DNA of 63,108 bases, counting the filler, from Aduncisulcus paluster (lineage: Eukaryota), in assembly GCA_024181965.1 (NCBI GenBank). It is 5 parts of 5 records of this genome, joined end to end, with 100 filler letters (N's around TTAATTAATTAA, not from the genome) between each part and the next. Parts side by side here need not be neighbours in the genome. Positions count along the whole stretch, not along the records: positions 20,092 to 33,668 come from BQXS01012697.1; positions 33,769 to 56,112 come from BQXS01012698.1; 3 more parts are not named here. One strand, 5' to 3'. Numbering within the stretch: the stretch's first letter is position 1; each line of letters begins with the position of its first letter. The notes under the pieces were generated by a model that did not search any database, was not told the origin of the DNA, and saw only the letters and a program-made list of their open reading frames with translations. The translations under genes were made by a program, and so were the position numbers. This document shows, one piece after another, positions 21,708 through 34,429 of this stretch.

Positions 21708-23660
21708 ATGGAAACGTCATCCACTTCAAATTTTGAAACAACAGGAATCCCTGATTGTCCTCCTTGCCAAGGAGCTGAAAGTAACTCCTTTGAAGCTAAA
21801 GAAAAACCTCCGTTAGTGTCCCAAGCAAGCATTATTGCTGCTAAATACGCTGCGATTGATCTCCCACCTCTTGCTTCAAGTGTACCTAGTTCGGTGACTT
21901 CCTCCTATTCTGATGATTCTCTCATCCTTTCAAAGGACGGTTTTGAGTCTTTTAATGCTGAACAGGTCGTACAAAGGATCTTACAACACCCTGATATTGT
22001 TCCAGAGGCAGTGGATATTGAAGCAAGTCTTGATGAGAGAATAGAATCTTCAGAATCGATTATTGACATTCCAATGATTTTTGCTGAAGCTACAGCTATT
22101 TCTGCTCCTAAACGACCTTCTCAAGATGATTATGAGGCCAAGTGTAACCCTGTTGAAAAACCTCTGAATCCTTCCAAATTTCTTCCTCCGATCTCTCCTT
22201 CTACCAGTATGAAAGACGTGAATCGTATGAATAATACCAGGTTCCCCGATCCTTCATCTCCTAAGAAGAAGAAGAAAACCGCTCCCAAAATCACTTATCT
22301 TGGTCGTGTTCCTTCTTACCCTTCTTCCATGGATGAAGCTTCTACTTCAGCCGTTTCAAGCAGGATCTCTTTCTCTGAGATTCAGGTGACCAAACACTCT
22401 GCTCTTGCTCCTAATCATCTCCCTTCTCCGATTTCGAAGTCTTCCGTCCCTCCATCTCCAAAATCACAGCAGATCCAGGATGAAAAGCCACCTATTTCAT
22501 CTAACATTGTTTCTGTGGCCAAACCTGCACTCATTTCTGTCGTTATTGCTTACATTGCCCTATTACTCTGCCGTGTTCTTGGTGCTGGTGTTGCTGTTAT
22601 TTCCAAGGCTTTGACAGGAAAAGTCCACATGGTATCTATGCTTTTCTTCCGTGAGCTCTTTGGATTTGTTGCTCACCTTCCTCTGTATCTTCTTAGACCC
22701 CGTGAGAAGGGCAAGGAAGTCACTGACCCGGAAAGTGGAGAGAAGTTTATTCAAGGCGAAGAAAAACGTGTGAGACTCCCTCCACGTAGTACCTTAGCAC
22801 TCCTTGTTCTCTTATCAATCTCCAGTGTTACTTCTATGCTTGCCTTCCTCGTCACCTCATCTGAGGCCAGTATCACCATGAGTGGTATCGCAAATGCCAC
22901 GAGTCCCGTGATTACAGCTGCAGTTGCCATTGTCCTCGGTCACGAGAAAGGATCTTGTATGGTGTTTATCTCTGTGCTTGTCGGTGTCTGTGGATCTGTT
23001 GTGAGTCTTGGAGAGACTTTGTTCATCCCTTCTTCCTCTTCTTCCACCTCTACCCTTGGACTCATTGCCATTCTTTCCTATGTTATCTGCTCTGTTGTTT
23101 ACTTCCTTTTCTCCCCCATGATCTACTCAAAGGCTAAGATTCACCCTTTCGAAGTGATGTTCTGGGTGTATGGAAGTGGCGTCATCATGTCTGGAATCCT
23201 TGTCCTTGTCTTTTGTAGAGACATATTCATTGAACAATGTGCCTCATTCACTTGGCAAGTCTGGTTGCTACTCGTTGGAATGGGAGCTCTTGGAACCACT
23301 GGTCTCTGGGGTGCTCAAGCCTATGCTTCTGATGTTCTTCGTTCCCCTACCATTGTGCACGCTTTCTCCATGCTTGCTGTGATCATCAACATGGGGAGTG
23401 CTGCCATTCTATTGGGTGAAATGCCCTCTTCTTGGGAGATTATCGGAGGTGTTCTTGTGATGATTGGAGTCGTATTTCTTATTGTTGGAAAGGCTCAAAT
23501 CAAGAAAAGGGAAGAGACTGCCAACAAGGAGTCTGAGAATGACGAAGACAGTGTTAGCAGTGAGATTATCGAAAAGACTCAGCAGAGTACGGTGATGATT
23601 GGTTGTTTTCCCATTGTTCCTTCCCAAAGTGAGCTTTCTAAGGCCTTGGGAGAAGCATAA
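21708..23660 (+). CDS. EamA/DMT-superfamily transporter with a ~270-aa disordered S/P-rich N-terminal extension
   Basis: About 10 hydrophobic helices with MLFFRELFG, TSPVITAAVAIVLGHEK and ILLGEMPSSWEIIGGVLVMIGV (EamA repeat signatures). First ATG at 21708. Confidence 0.85.
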   Translation: METSSTSNFETTGIPDCPPCQGAESNSFEAKEKPPLVSQASIIAAKYAAIDLPPLASSVPSSVTSSYSDDSLILSKDGFESFNAEQVVQRILQHPDIVPEAVDIEASLDERIESSESIIDIPMIFAEATAISAPKRPSQDDYEAKCNPVEKPLNPSKFLPPISPSTSMKDVNRMNNTRFPDPSSPKKKKKTAPKITYLGRVPSYPSSMDEASTSAVSSRISFSEIQVTKHSALAPNHLPSPISKSSVPPSPKSQQIQDEKPPISSNIVSVAKPALISVVIAYIALLLCRVLGAGVAVISKALTGKVHMVSMLFFRELFGFVAHLPLYLLRPREKGKEVTDPESGEKFIQGEEKRVRLPPRSTLALLVLLSISSVTSMLAFLVTSSEASITMSGIANATSPVITAAVAIVLGHEKGSCMVFISVLVGVCGSVVSLGETLFIPSSSSSTSTLGLIAILSYVICSVVYFLFSPMIYSKAKIHPFEVMFWVYGSGVIMSGILVLVFCRDIFIEQCASFTWQVWLLLVGMGALGTTGLWGAQAYASDVLRSPTIVHAFSMLAVIINMGSAAILLGEMPSSWEIIGGVLVMIGVVFLIVGKAQIKKREETANKESENDEDSVSSEIIEKTQQSTVMIGCFPIVPSQSELSKALGEA

Positions 23661-24342
23661 TCGGCATGAAAAGCCAGTCAAATCTCTTGCGTATATCTTA
23701 TTTTGCATATATTATTTTTTCTTTTGTTCTCTTTTTTTTTCTTATTATTTTTTTTCGATGATTATGAAAAATATTCAAATCTGTTGTTAAATATTCATTA
23801 ATAGCTTTTAATTTATCTTTAAGCATTTAACGTTCATGGTTTATTCATTTTTTTTCTTGTTTATTCTCTGAAATTTATTTTTATTGTCACCCAACTTTTA
23901 TTTTCATTGAGATTTTGCTGAACAGGTATTTTATCAAGGATGTTCAAGCCTCTTTCAAATTCAATGATTTTTATTCTATATTTTATCTGAAGCATTTTAT
24001 TTAGCTTCCTTTATCTCTTTTTATAAAAAGACATTTTTAAAGATATTTTTATCCTTTCTGAGAAGATCTCCAGAAGGACCTCCTTTATCATAACAGTTTT
24101 ATCAAGGACATGGCTGTTATATAACGAGTCATTTCCTTCATTTTTTTTATAGACTATAGTCATATTCGGATCATTCAACATCAAGTTTTCTAAGCTTATC
24201 TTAGCTTTGATACAAAGATACAAAGTATATAATATATATCATAGTAAAATTGAATAGTTCCATTTTGAGTCGGAAATAAATATGATCCTTTGAAGAAAAA
24301 TGAAGGAAAATACCATTGAATTATTTCAACTACACGACCGAA

Positions 24343-27300
24343 TCATTCACTTGGCATTCCACAGCCAACACAAGCACCTCCAATGGCACATGTTCTTCTT
24401 GCATTCACTACTTTAACTGCAAGGTCAGAACTATAATCCCCATCGAGATGAGGTCTTCCAAAACGTCCACAGACAGCACAGAAAGATCCTTGTCTGACGA
24501 GATGTTTGGGTGTTTTCTCAGAATTGCCCAATTTCCCCTTTGAATAAGCTCTTCTGGATGCCAACGATGGTTGTTGTACGTGGATTGAAGGAGCGTGGAC
24601 TTGGCCGATTGGGTAGACGGTTGCTCCCGATTCTTCTTGTTGTTGGATTAAGTGTCTTGATCTGATTAGAGATGCCTTCGAAATGGCTTCACTGGCATGG
24701 GGTATCATTTTACCAACATCCAATTGCATCAAATCTTTCTCAGTTCTATTTATAGTTAACCTAGGGTTTGTAACGAGAGGAACATCATCGGCTTTTCCAA
24801 GAGGTCGTGATGATCTCGGTGTGGAATCTATTGAAGAACGGGCAGTATTCTTCTTGGTTGCCCTCTCGCTTTTAATTCGTCCCGATAAACCCGATGGAGC
24901 CCTACTACAAAACCTCAACTTAGCCTTTTCTTTCTTCTTTTTGAGCTCTCGAACTCGTGTCTCCTTTTGAAACTCCAAGTTTCGTTGATGAACTCCCCAG
25001 TCTTCGCCAATCATCCAGCCATCATCGTCCGTCTCACTGCTGTCGATTGAAGCCGGTGAGGGACCGGTTCTAGCCGAAGGACTTGTGCTTTCTGATCCCG
25101 ATCTATCTTCAAACCCATTTCTTGGAACATCGACGAAAGGAACCATCAAAGAACTTGCATCTGGATCAACACTATTGCCACCTATCCTCCTCTTTTTCAT
25201 TGTTTTCCCTTTAACTTGTTTCCTTGATTTCTTTCTCATCAATTTCTTCCTTTGCAGAGCCTGACGTTGATACCGCTCCCTCTGAGCTTTTCTCTCATCA
25301 CTTTTGACCATCGATCGTATGAGAGCCTGTCGTTCCTTTTCAGAAGGCTGGAGTTCAAGAGCACCATCGATCAAGCCACTTACACGATCTTTGTTGAACT
25401 CCATAGCTTCCTGATATGTCCCTTCGAGCAACCACTGCGCATTCACAGATAATTGAGGCCCTTCTTCCTCTTTCTGCTTTGCCATAGCATTATCTGCAGA
25501 AGATCTGTGTGGATAATCATATCCAGACACTTGAGGGGCACGTTTTCTTGCCTTCTTGGTGGATTGAGAGGCAGATTCTATCTGTTCAACAAAGTATGTA
25601 GGCGCTGAGAGTAAGAATTCAACTCCTTTCTGACCTTGACCAGAAGATGGAAGCTCTGGAAGTTGTACAGAACCATTATCAGATTGTCTGGGTTTTACAT
25701 AATCCAGTTCATCTCTTAACGATGCTAAATCATGTCCATTATCATAATATTGCTGATCTTTAGACCCACTGGAGGATACGCCATATGATGTTCCCAATGA
25801 GGGAGTTGATGGGGTGACAACAGCACTTGTGCCTGATCCATGTGACCCTGAGAAAGGTGTTTTGTGATCTGTCTCATGTACCAAAGGTATGTCTGTATCC
25901 CACGCTGGCACTTCGTCTCTCCATTGCCTGAGTTCATCCTCTTCCTCTTGCTTTGCCTGCCTTTCATGGGGTGTAAGGTGACTCTCGGAATGAGTGTCGA
26001 CTACAAAGGGTTCAATAAATGAGAATCTACGTTCCTGCCGAGAAGGGGCAGGACCATGCGGCATTGGCATAGATGAGCTAAAATATGCATACTCTGAATC
26101 AGTAATGGTTGAATTGCCTGTTGCATAGGGAGATAACAACGAACCTGTCTTGGTTTGTGTTGCAGGAAGTCCATCGGACGTATGAGAAAGCCGTTGTAAT
26201 GTCTCCAGAGCGCTTTTAGAAGAACCCGAATGAGCAGATTCCATCCCAATTCGTTGGAGAGGGATATGAGTCAAAGTCAGGGCAAGGGAAGATGGAAGTA
26301 CGGTCTCAATTGTCTGTATATCTCTCTGAGGGAGGTTTGCAAGGACTTCTTGGGGAGACACAGGAACATTTGCCCCCATAGAATATTCCTCGGGTCCAGT
26401 TGTTGAGACTTTCTCAGACGAAGAAACCTCACTCCCTTCCTCAAAAACATGCATTTCGTCCTCTGTAGTGTGTGTCAAGCGACCTCTTTGTGGATAATCT
26501 ACCGTATATGGGGAATAAAAATACGTTCCAGATTCAGATATTTCTGATGTCTCTCCATCATGTGATTGGACTTCATCTTCAATCTTATCATGAGAGAATC
26601 TTTGTTGTCCATCTTGATTCACACCATCAGAAGAAAAAACTCCTTCACCTTCTTTTCCACCATCTTCTTTCGGTGCAGTTAACTGTGACAAAGAACCTTT
26701 CTCTGCTTTGCTCTTATCGGTACCATATTCATGTTCTTCGATTTCATGCGATTCATCAATCACAAGGGCTTCATATCTGGATTGAGCATCAGTGATATTT
26801 TCACTTGCGATACTGGTTTCATCAACTCCGTATTGCAGAGTATTCCCATAATCCATAGACTTTCCTTGGGCAATTCCATCCTTTGGAACGGAAGAAGAAG
26901 AGGGACCAATTGAAGGAATATGATGAACATAGTGCTGTTGGAAAAACGGATCTGATCGTTTGGATTGAATTGAGTCTGAATCAGATCCATGTTTTCTCTT
27001 TCCTCTCTGTCCTTTCATTTTGCTTGTATGCTTAATTCCTTCCCAAAGAGGGAGCAGGCGGGCTTTGGCTCGATTGCTTGACCATCTACTTGGTGTTGAG
27101 CCACAAGGAACCTTCTTAAAGGTGAAAGATATCGGGTCCGAGAATGCTTGGGAATCATGTGATTTTGAAATATGCTTAAGTTTTGGAACTTCACGTTTAT
27201 GCGATTGAAGAATAGGTTGTGGAGATTTGGTCCATTGAGGCTGTCTTTGAGATGGATGTTTTAATGTGAAGGCTCGAAATGTTGTGTTTGGAAGTTTTTG

Positions 27301-27516
27301 TGTCCGAATTTCTCGTTTTGTTAAACAAGCTTGACGAAATACTTTGCTAAAAAAAAAGGTAAGAACAATCTTATTTTCTGAATAGAAAAAGAAACATATA
27401 TTTCACAAATATGTAACATACCTCTCTAATGCATCGAATTCATCAGGAATTGGGGGATATAACCCAGTGGAACGAGGTTTTGCAGGAACATATTTCATAT
27501 TTCCAGAAATCCTCAT
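24343..27516 (-). CDS. Large, mostly disordered protein with a C-terminal Cys cluster (possible Zn finger); exons 27516-27422 and 27346-24343
   Basis: A 75-nt GTATGT...TTTTAG intron (27421-27347) extends the 891-aa ORF in frame by ~141 aa. Basic NLS-like tracts; CAVC...H...CAIGGACVGC at the end. Confidence 0.75.
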
Positions 27517-27830
27517 AATAATTTAATATTAATACAGTAAATAGTGAAAAAATTAGATAATAAAAAATTGAAAACGACTAAAAAATAATGAAAGTTCCGT
27601 AGTAAGCACAAAGCAAAGAAACAATTCTACTCGAGTACATACGATACTATAATAATAATAAATAAAGAAAATATAAAATATTATGCATATATAATTTGTT
27701 TTATATATTATTATTCCACAAAAAATTTAGATGCAGCTGATAATAATACATTGGATTTTGGGTGTTAATTTGAATTTTATAAATATTGAAGAGATTTATA
27801 TTCTCTATTATATGATAATATCTTTTTAAA

Positions 27831-29219
27831 ATGGAAGAGTTTGCATTGATTAAACCGTTATTTGCCCCTAAAGCAGCATTTTCACCATATCCCTTAGATG
27901 ATTCGATTCTGACCCCTTTTTTATTTGATGAATACGTAGACGATCCCAGTGCCAGAATAATATCAGCTTCTAAAACCAGTTCTAAAGATTATATTGTTGG
28001 TACATGTAAAGATCTCTTTCCGGTCGGTCATTCTGGGACCATCCCTCAAAAAATACGTCCAGCACTTGTTTGTAGACAGGCATTTCTGATGGTTAGAACT
28101 CAATATCGAGAATTTACAAAGTTTCTCCGAACTAATGCTGACAGTACTGAAATCCCGATAGAAGAGATTAAATATTTTAAAAAGCTTGCTGTCCCTCGTT
28201 ATTTTGAAGATGTTGTCACTTGTCTTCATCGTGAAGATATTTCATCAGAGAGAAATCGTTTTGATTGCAAAAAATACTCATCAACTCCAATGATGAATTT
28301 TGGGCTTGCAAAGAAATATTTATTTTCAATCATACATGATCTGGAGATTCAAGGGGTTAAATCTGAGTTGCTTCTTCGAATATATGAATTCTTATGTCTT
28401 AAATCGCCAGCTGAAGGAGATGATACCTTGTTCAAGAAATCATACCCGAAAGTTCTTGAAATGTATAATTCTGCAGCTATATACGCCATCAATAAGGACA
28501 AAGAGGGAGACCAAAATCAACCAAGTGGTATTGGTGATGGTAAACGCCGTACTGCTGGAACTCCTTCTCCTTCTAGGACTCATTCTCACTCAGGTCTTCT
28601 ACCCCCGTGTCCTCAAGATGATGTATTTCAGGATTCTTCCACTCCAGGAGTGCTTTATTTCTCCCCATTAATCATGTCCACGTGTATAGTCAGATCCATC
28701 TGCCTGAATAACTTAGTTGAGTTCAATTCACTCGTAGAATCGGTCTCTACGGGTGTCTTATCCAAGACTCTCCTTGGAACAAGCAAATTGGTCCATTTTA
28801 TTATCGATATGTGTTCTCAGTTCATTGCCAATGATTATGATTCTTTCTTGTCGAATTTCTTTTCTCCCATTGATGACGTCATAATCAGACCAACTGGAGT
28901 GATGTATTATTATTTATACAATCTTGTGACGCTTGCCAGGAAGAGAATTATTGGATCTCTTTGTCAATCTCTAAGGAGCCAATTTGTTTCCGTGCTCCCG
29001 CTTCAAATTATTGTTAAAATATTATTTTTCAAACAACAATCAATGGCCTTGATGAAATATAATCCAAAACCAGTGTCTTCGTTTACGTATACGCGTCAAT
29101 TCCTCTTGGCTGAAGGGAAGATTTTGAGGGATGATATCATTATAAAACCAGGAAGAGAACGTAGTGTAAATCTATCGAAGAGAGCCATTGAACGACTTGC
29201 AGAGTTATACAAAGAATAA
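27831..29219 (+). CDS. Divergent SAC3/GANP/THP3-like (PCI-type) protein
   Basis: YIVGTCKDLFP and IRPALV resemble the GANP/Sac3 motifs IVGTCxDMCP and RPxxVL. The C-terminal NNLVEF...LARKRII...LPLQIIVKILFF resembles the Sac3 winged-helix region. Judged by motif recall only. Confidence 0.55.
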   Translation: MEEFALIKPLFAPKAAFSPYPLDDSILTPFLFDEYVDDPSARIISASKTSSKDYIVGTCKDLFPVGHSGTIPQKIRPALVCRQAFLMVRTQYREFTKFLRTNADSTEIPIEEIKYFKKLAVPRYFEDVVTCLHREDISSERNRFDCKKYSSTPMMNFGLAKKYLFSIIHDLEIQGVKSELLLRIYEFLCLKSPAEGDDTLFKKSYPKVLEMYNSAAIYAINKDKEGDQNQPSGIGDGKRRTAGTPSPSRTHSHSGLLPPCPQDDVFQDSSTPGVLYFSPLIMSTCIVRSICLNNLVEFNSLVESVSTGVLSKTLLGTSKLVHFIIDMCSQFIANDYDSFLSNFFSPIDDVIIRPTGVMYYYLYNLVTLARKRIIGSLCQSLRSQFVSVLPLQIIVKILFFKQQSMALMKYNPKPVSSFTYTRQFLLAEGKILRDDIIIKPGRERSVNLSKRAIERLAELYKE

Positions 29220-29437
29220 TTGAGCAATGTCAAAAGCAAATTTATTATATTTGGACGATTTTTGATTCATCCTTGATTCAGAAAGATTAGAAAAGAATTT
29301 AATGGGAAATGATTATTATTGAGCAATAAATAGAATATTTTTGGTTCTTGAAAGTTCATTTTTGAATTAACAATTTCGTGAATTTGTTTTGACCACTTTT
29401 TGTATCATTGGCTTGAATTGAGAGAGATATTCAAGCA

Positions 29438-30687
29438 ATGACTTCTCATATTTCTTACTCAAAATTGAAATATTTTGTGATATTTTTCGTTGCGATTATC
29501 CTTCAATTACTTGTGAGATTTATCTCTGGTCTTCGTATGTTTCCATTGTTCTTTTTAAATATTAACGTCAATTTATTCAATTAATGGATCCTTTTGTCAT
29601 TATTTACAATTTTTATGCAGAAAAGCTCCTATATAATGCCAGAAACACGCTCCCCTTCCTTCGTGGTGTTAATTCTTATTCTGAAGCCTCCAATTCATTT
29701 TCTATGATAATATTTTTTGGGTATTTTTGTTTTCATTTTCTATTGTCAATTCTGACAATTAAAAAAAATGGTTTCTCGAAGGTAATTCATCGTCAAATGT
29801 GGCTAATCAAAATTTTCATTTTATTCGCTCTTTGTTCAGGAGCTATGTTCATTCCTCGTGATATTCTGATCAACTTTTCTTTTGCTGCTGTTATTTTGAT
29901 CTCTGTTTTTATAGTGTTCCAGTTCATCTCTTTAGCTCAGCTTGGATATATAATCAATAACGATCTTTACAACGATGGTTCACAATTCGTTAATCAAATA
30001 TTCTTAATTATTATTTCTGTCATTTTATTCGGTGCTGGTCTTGCTATGGAGATATCTTGTTTTTACTATGGAAAGGGTCATATCCACTCTATTTGGACAG
30101 CCATTGTGAATATTGTGCTGGCCATTGCATATACTGTTCTATCCATACTGTGGATTGAGGGTTGTATTCTCACGTGTGCGATTATCTTCTGTGTCTTCTC
30201 GATATGGACTTTTGTTGTATTTGTCATGTTCACAAACCTCATAGTTCCATCGTGGGTTGAAGTATTCATTTATATCGTCCAAGATCTATCTTTAATAATC
30301 ACGATAATGGTGTTTTCCTCGACAGATATCTCTGTTTCTGCCCTGTTCTCTGGTGCCAGTTCTGGTGAATCCATTGACCAAGGATTGGATATTCTCAGCG
30401 AGGAGGAATCCTGGGACAAAAATACATCGGATCAGCCAGAACCTAATGTTCCTTATAAGATGTGGTATTTCCATTTCCTATTGACATTGTCTTGTTGTTG
30501 TTTTGTGTTTGGAACCGGTATAAATCTCCCTTTCTCTCCGCTCCAGCGTCAAATTGGAGCAGTTACCCTGGATGCTGGGACAATTGCTGCTGCAATAATC
30601 TTTATTTGGACACTCCTTGCGACAAGATTATTCCCCGAAAGAGATTTCGGTGTTCCCAACTCTTCTAGAGAAGCTCTTATCGCATAG
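29438..30687 (+). CDS. SERINC: Serinc/TDE family membrane protein; exons 29438-29534 and 29621-30687
   Basis: IHRQMWLIKI, FIVFQFISL, VPYKMWYFHF and IFIWTLLATRLFPERDF (Serinc C-terminal WTL.A...FPxRDF). An 86-nt GTATGT...GCAG intron (29535-29620) adds the missing first TM helix in frame. Confidence 0.88.
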
Positions 30688-31577
30688 TAGTAGTTCAGCA
30701 TAGTTTATAAACTCATATTCTATCATTTATCATGTATATAAAGAACTCATATACATAATAATCTATTTCTTAATGATTAATTATTAATTCTTAAATTATT
30801 TGATTTATTCAACGACTCCTCTTCTTTTTTTTTTTTTTTTTTTTTTTTTCAGAATATTAAGATTATCTATTATTTAAATTTAACATTTCCCCCCCCCCCC
30901 TTTTTTTTTTTTTTTAACAAGATTCTTAATTTTGTATCGTTATTGAATCCTTTGTTTCGAGTTGATTGTGATGTTCTACTTCTTCTTACGTTTTCAAAGA
31001 TCTGAAAATTGAAGTTTGAACAATTTTTTATTTTTCTCAAACTTCTGGTTTGACCATCCACTGGATTCGTCTTGGCAAGACCCCGTGTCTGAGGGTACTA
31101 CTGGCATCACCTGTCCTTTTTTTTTTCATTGGATTCCAAAGTCATTTCCTTTATCCTTCGTCTTTGATTTGTGAAACTATTATTAAATCACACAAAGAAA
31201 TAAATATGAAACTTTAACTGAGTCAGTTAAACTGACCCAAAAAATATGATCACTTATATGAACATAATTCTCCATTAAAGGACATATCATCAACTTTTCC
31301 TTGATATATTATACATTAGATTGTGGTATTCTATGATTATATATATAATTCAGCCTGTAGCAATTTTGTCTCTTTCTTTGCTTATTTGGAATGTTTCCAT
31401 CCATTTTTTCAACTTAATTAGAGAAATTAAAGTTTATCCTCATTTAATTATGATGAATTGGAATAAAAAGATAAATATTGTAGCATTTGAAATTAACTAT
31501 AGTTTTTTTGTCATTATCTAAAAATCATCTTCTTATTTAACAATCATCTTCTGGTTTAAACACCATTTACACTATAA

Positions 31578-33668
31578 ATGTCTCTAAAAAAATCCCATCA
31601 AAGAAAAGATTCCACTTCTATTTCAGAATTGATTTCCAAGTCTGATGACGAATGGCATTTTCCTCTTTTTTCCATATATGCTACTTTCACATCTTCAAAA
31701 AGGGTATTTTGCATCACCTTTCCAATTATTCAAGAAAAATTTGATGAAATAGGAAAACAGTGTCTTTTTTCATCAGTTCAGACTTCATTTTACCATCAAC
31801 AGAATTTATCATGCATCCCACTTGTTAAAGATATAATATTACCGGTTGATACATTACTAAGTGATAAAGAAAACCATCTATATGCTTACACAACCGATTA
31901 CTCTGCCAACATCGCTTCTACATATATTCCTGCTCATACTTTTTCCCCATTTTATATTGCTGTTATTTTATATAATATTATTGATACCATTTTTATCCTT
32001 CACCAACATGCTATTGCCCATGGTGGAATCAATCCACAAATCTTTCACATCGAAGAAGAACACCCCACTCAAGCCTCCCCTCAGCTTCAATCAGGACAGT
32101 CTTTAACATCCATGATACTAAAACACTCTGCTAAAACGTTGAAGAAAGCTGTCATGTATCGAGATCGAAAGGATCACAAGAATGTTCCTTTTCCACACGT
32201 CTATGTTGGTTTATTGGGGCTTGAAGAAGAATTATACAAAGCTGTTCGTTTATTGTCCGATACCTCTGATGCCCAATCATCTGAAGATATTCTACCTTCG
32301 TCTTCTTCTTCGTCGCTTCCTAATCTCTTACTGAAAGATAGATATGATCTTGGAAGTACTCTCGTATCTTTCTTTGCACCTATAGGCACCCCATTTGCTC
32401 ACATAACCTCTTTAAGGAGCTCAATGACAGGAATGGATGCAATGGCGAAGCTTATATCCCCTGTCATGGCTACGGCTCTCTCTCCTTCCTTCGTGACGAC
32501 TGTGGGCGAATGTGTTGAAATTCTGTGGACTGGGGATCGCAATGCCATTGAACAAGCGAGAGAACTCCTTGGATGGAGTGAAGAAGTACAAAAGGCGTGG
32601 GATTGGTGGGCCTGTGAAGATAGCGTTGTATCCAAGACTTGGAAAAGACCCACTCTCGACGAGATTGGAGGGAAATTGGGCAAGAAACAAGTCCATGAAC
32701 TCAAAAAGAAGAAATTACTTGAAGTCGAGGCCACTATCTTGAAAAGAAGGCAAGAAAGAGCTCATCAGAGAGAGTGTGAACGGAAAAGGAAAGAAAAGGA
32801 GCAGAGAGAGAGAGAAGTGTCCACAGAAAGAAAGCTTGCTGAGAGAAAGAAAGCTCGAGAGCTGCGTAAATTGAAAGAAGAGAAATTGAAAACTTGGCGT
32901 GTGACTCACCCTTCTTGTTCCATCAAAGGAACAAAACAGCATTCTTCACTCTCGACTACTCAACGAAAGGGTGCCGAAGACTTTGATGTCTTTGAATATA
33001 ATAAGAAACGTCGTCTTGAGTTACTAATGTCCAAGGACGAAGAGTCTTTGGCAATACCACAGCCGTCACGATTCTTTACTTCCTCGCCTTTAAGCCCAAT
33101 TAAAAGGAAACCCAAACCAATAATTCTTCCTCCCTCATCCTCTTCTTCCTCTACCTTCTCAAGTTGTCTAAAAATAGAATCAAAGGGCCAACCATATCAT
33201 AATACTGATATTGATTTTCATGATGGTGAATCTCGAAGTGATAATCCTCATTATTCCTCGTCTTCTTGTTCTCTTGTTTCCTCTTCCTTCACACAGGCTC
33301 TTGAACCCCTGTTAGAAAGAGACGAAAGGGATGACGAGGAACTCGAAGCAGAAAGAGAAAGAGAAGAGATGAAGAAAGATAGCTTAGATGAGTCAGAATC
33401 TCCATTTATCACACCACCCTCCCTTTCTTCCTTCTTTTCTATATCGATACTCCACGATTCCAGTGGCTATCCCTATGATGGCCAGAAGAAACAGGAGCAA
33501 CGCCAAGTTCAAGGAACAAAGCTATTAACTGACATTTTTCATGGATCTCAGGAATATCCTTCTCCTCTCAAATCTGATCCAATCACGACCTCTCTCCTGA
33601 GGTCTTTGCATAGCTGTGGACTGAAATACTATGCCAAGCTTGTGATTGGGGCTCTTAAGAAACTTGAG
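31578..33668 (+). CDS. Pseudokinase-like N-terminal domain followed by coiled-coil and low-complexity regions; 3'-truncated by linker
   Basis: ILYNIIDTIFILHQHAIAHGGINPQIF resembles kinase alphaE/catalytic loop but lacks the catalytic Asp; KDRYDLG resembles subdomain IX; K/E/R-rich coiled coil. Confidence 0.55.
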
Positions 33669-33768
33669 NNNNNNNNNNNNNNNNNNNNNNNNNNNNNNNN
33701 NNNNNNNNNNNNTTAATTAATTAANNNNNNNNNNNNNNNNNNNNNNNNNNNNNNNNNNNNNNNNNNNN

Positions 33769-34429
33769 CTTTCTTTTGGCTTCCTACGGGACAGGCAGAC
33801 ATTCCAGCGACGAACTTGTCCATGAATCCTTCGGGCAAGTCTTCGTCGAATTTGATGTGACGTTTGATAGCTTTCATGGCCATCATAGCCTTACCTTTAC
33901 CACCCATTCCACAGGGGCCGTGCATACCCATTCCCATGCCCATTCCACAGGGGCCGTGCATACCCATTCCCATGCCCATTCCACAGGGGCCGTGCATACC
34001 CATTCCCATGCCCATTCCACAGGGACCCATTCCACAGCATTCTTTGTCTTTACCACATGGACCGTGCATACCTTTACCACATGGACCGTGCATACCTTTA
34101 CCACAAGGACCCTTTCCACAGGGACCATGCATACCTTTACCGCAAGGACCGCAAGGACCGCAAGGACCATGCATTCCCATTCCACAAGGACCCATGCCCA
34201 TCATGGGGTTGTGCATCATCATCATGTGATGGAACATCATCATACGCATAAAGGGACATGCGTGAGGACCGTGGAATCCGTGAGGACCGTGGAATCCATG
34301 AGGACCGTGGAATCCATGAGGACCGTGGAATCCATGAGGACCATGAGGTGGGAACTCACCACAAGGAGGATGAGGACATTTGTGCTCCATAGGAGATTCG
34401 GGAGAAGTAGATTGTTCTTTGTTTTCCAT
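33769..34429 (-). CDS. His/Gly/Pro/Cys/Met-rich repetitive protein; 3'-truncated by linker
   Basis: MENKEQ start at 34429 (an upstream in-frame ATG lies at 34504). (HGFHGP)x4, a poly-Met tract, GPCGKGMH repeats and (HGPCGMGMGMGM) repeats of 36-bp units. Confidence 0.75.

Noticed and set aside
24190..24345. Selenocysteine or readthrough at TGA of the 24343 gene
   Set aside because: The frame stays open ~48 codons beyond the TGA, but the peptide is F/Y/I-rich as expected from AT-rich UTR, and no SECIS was recognised.
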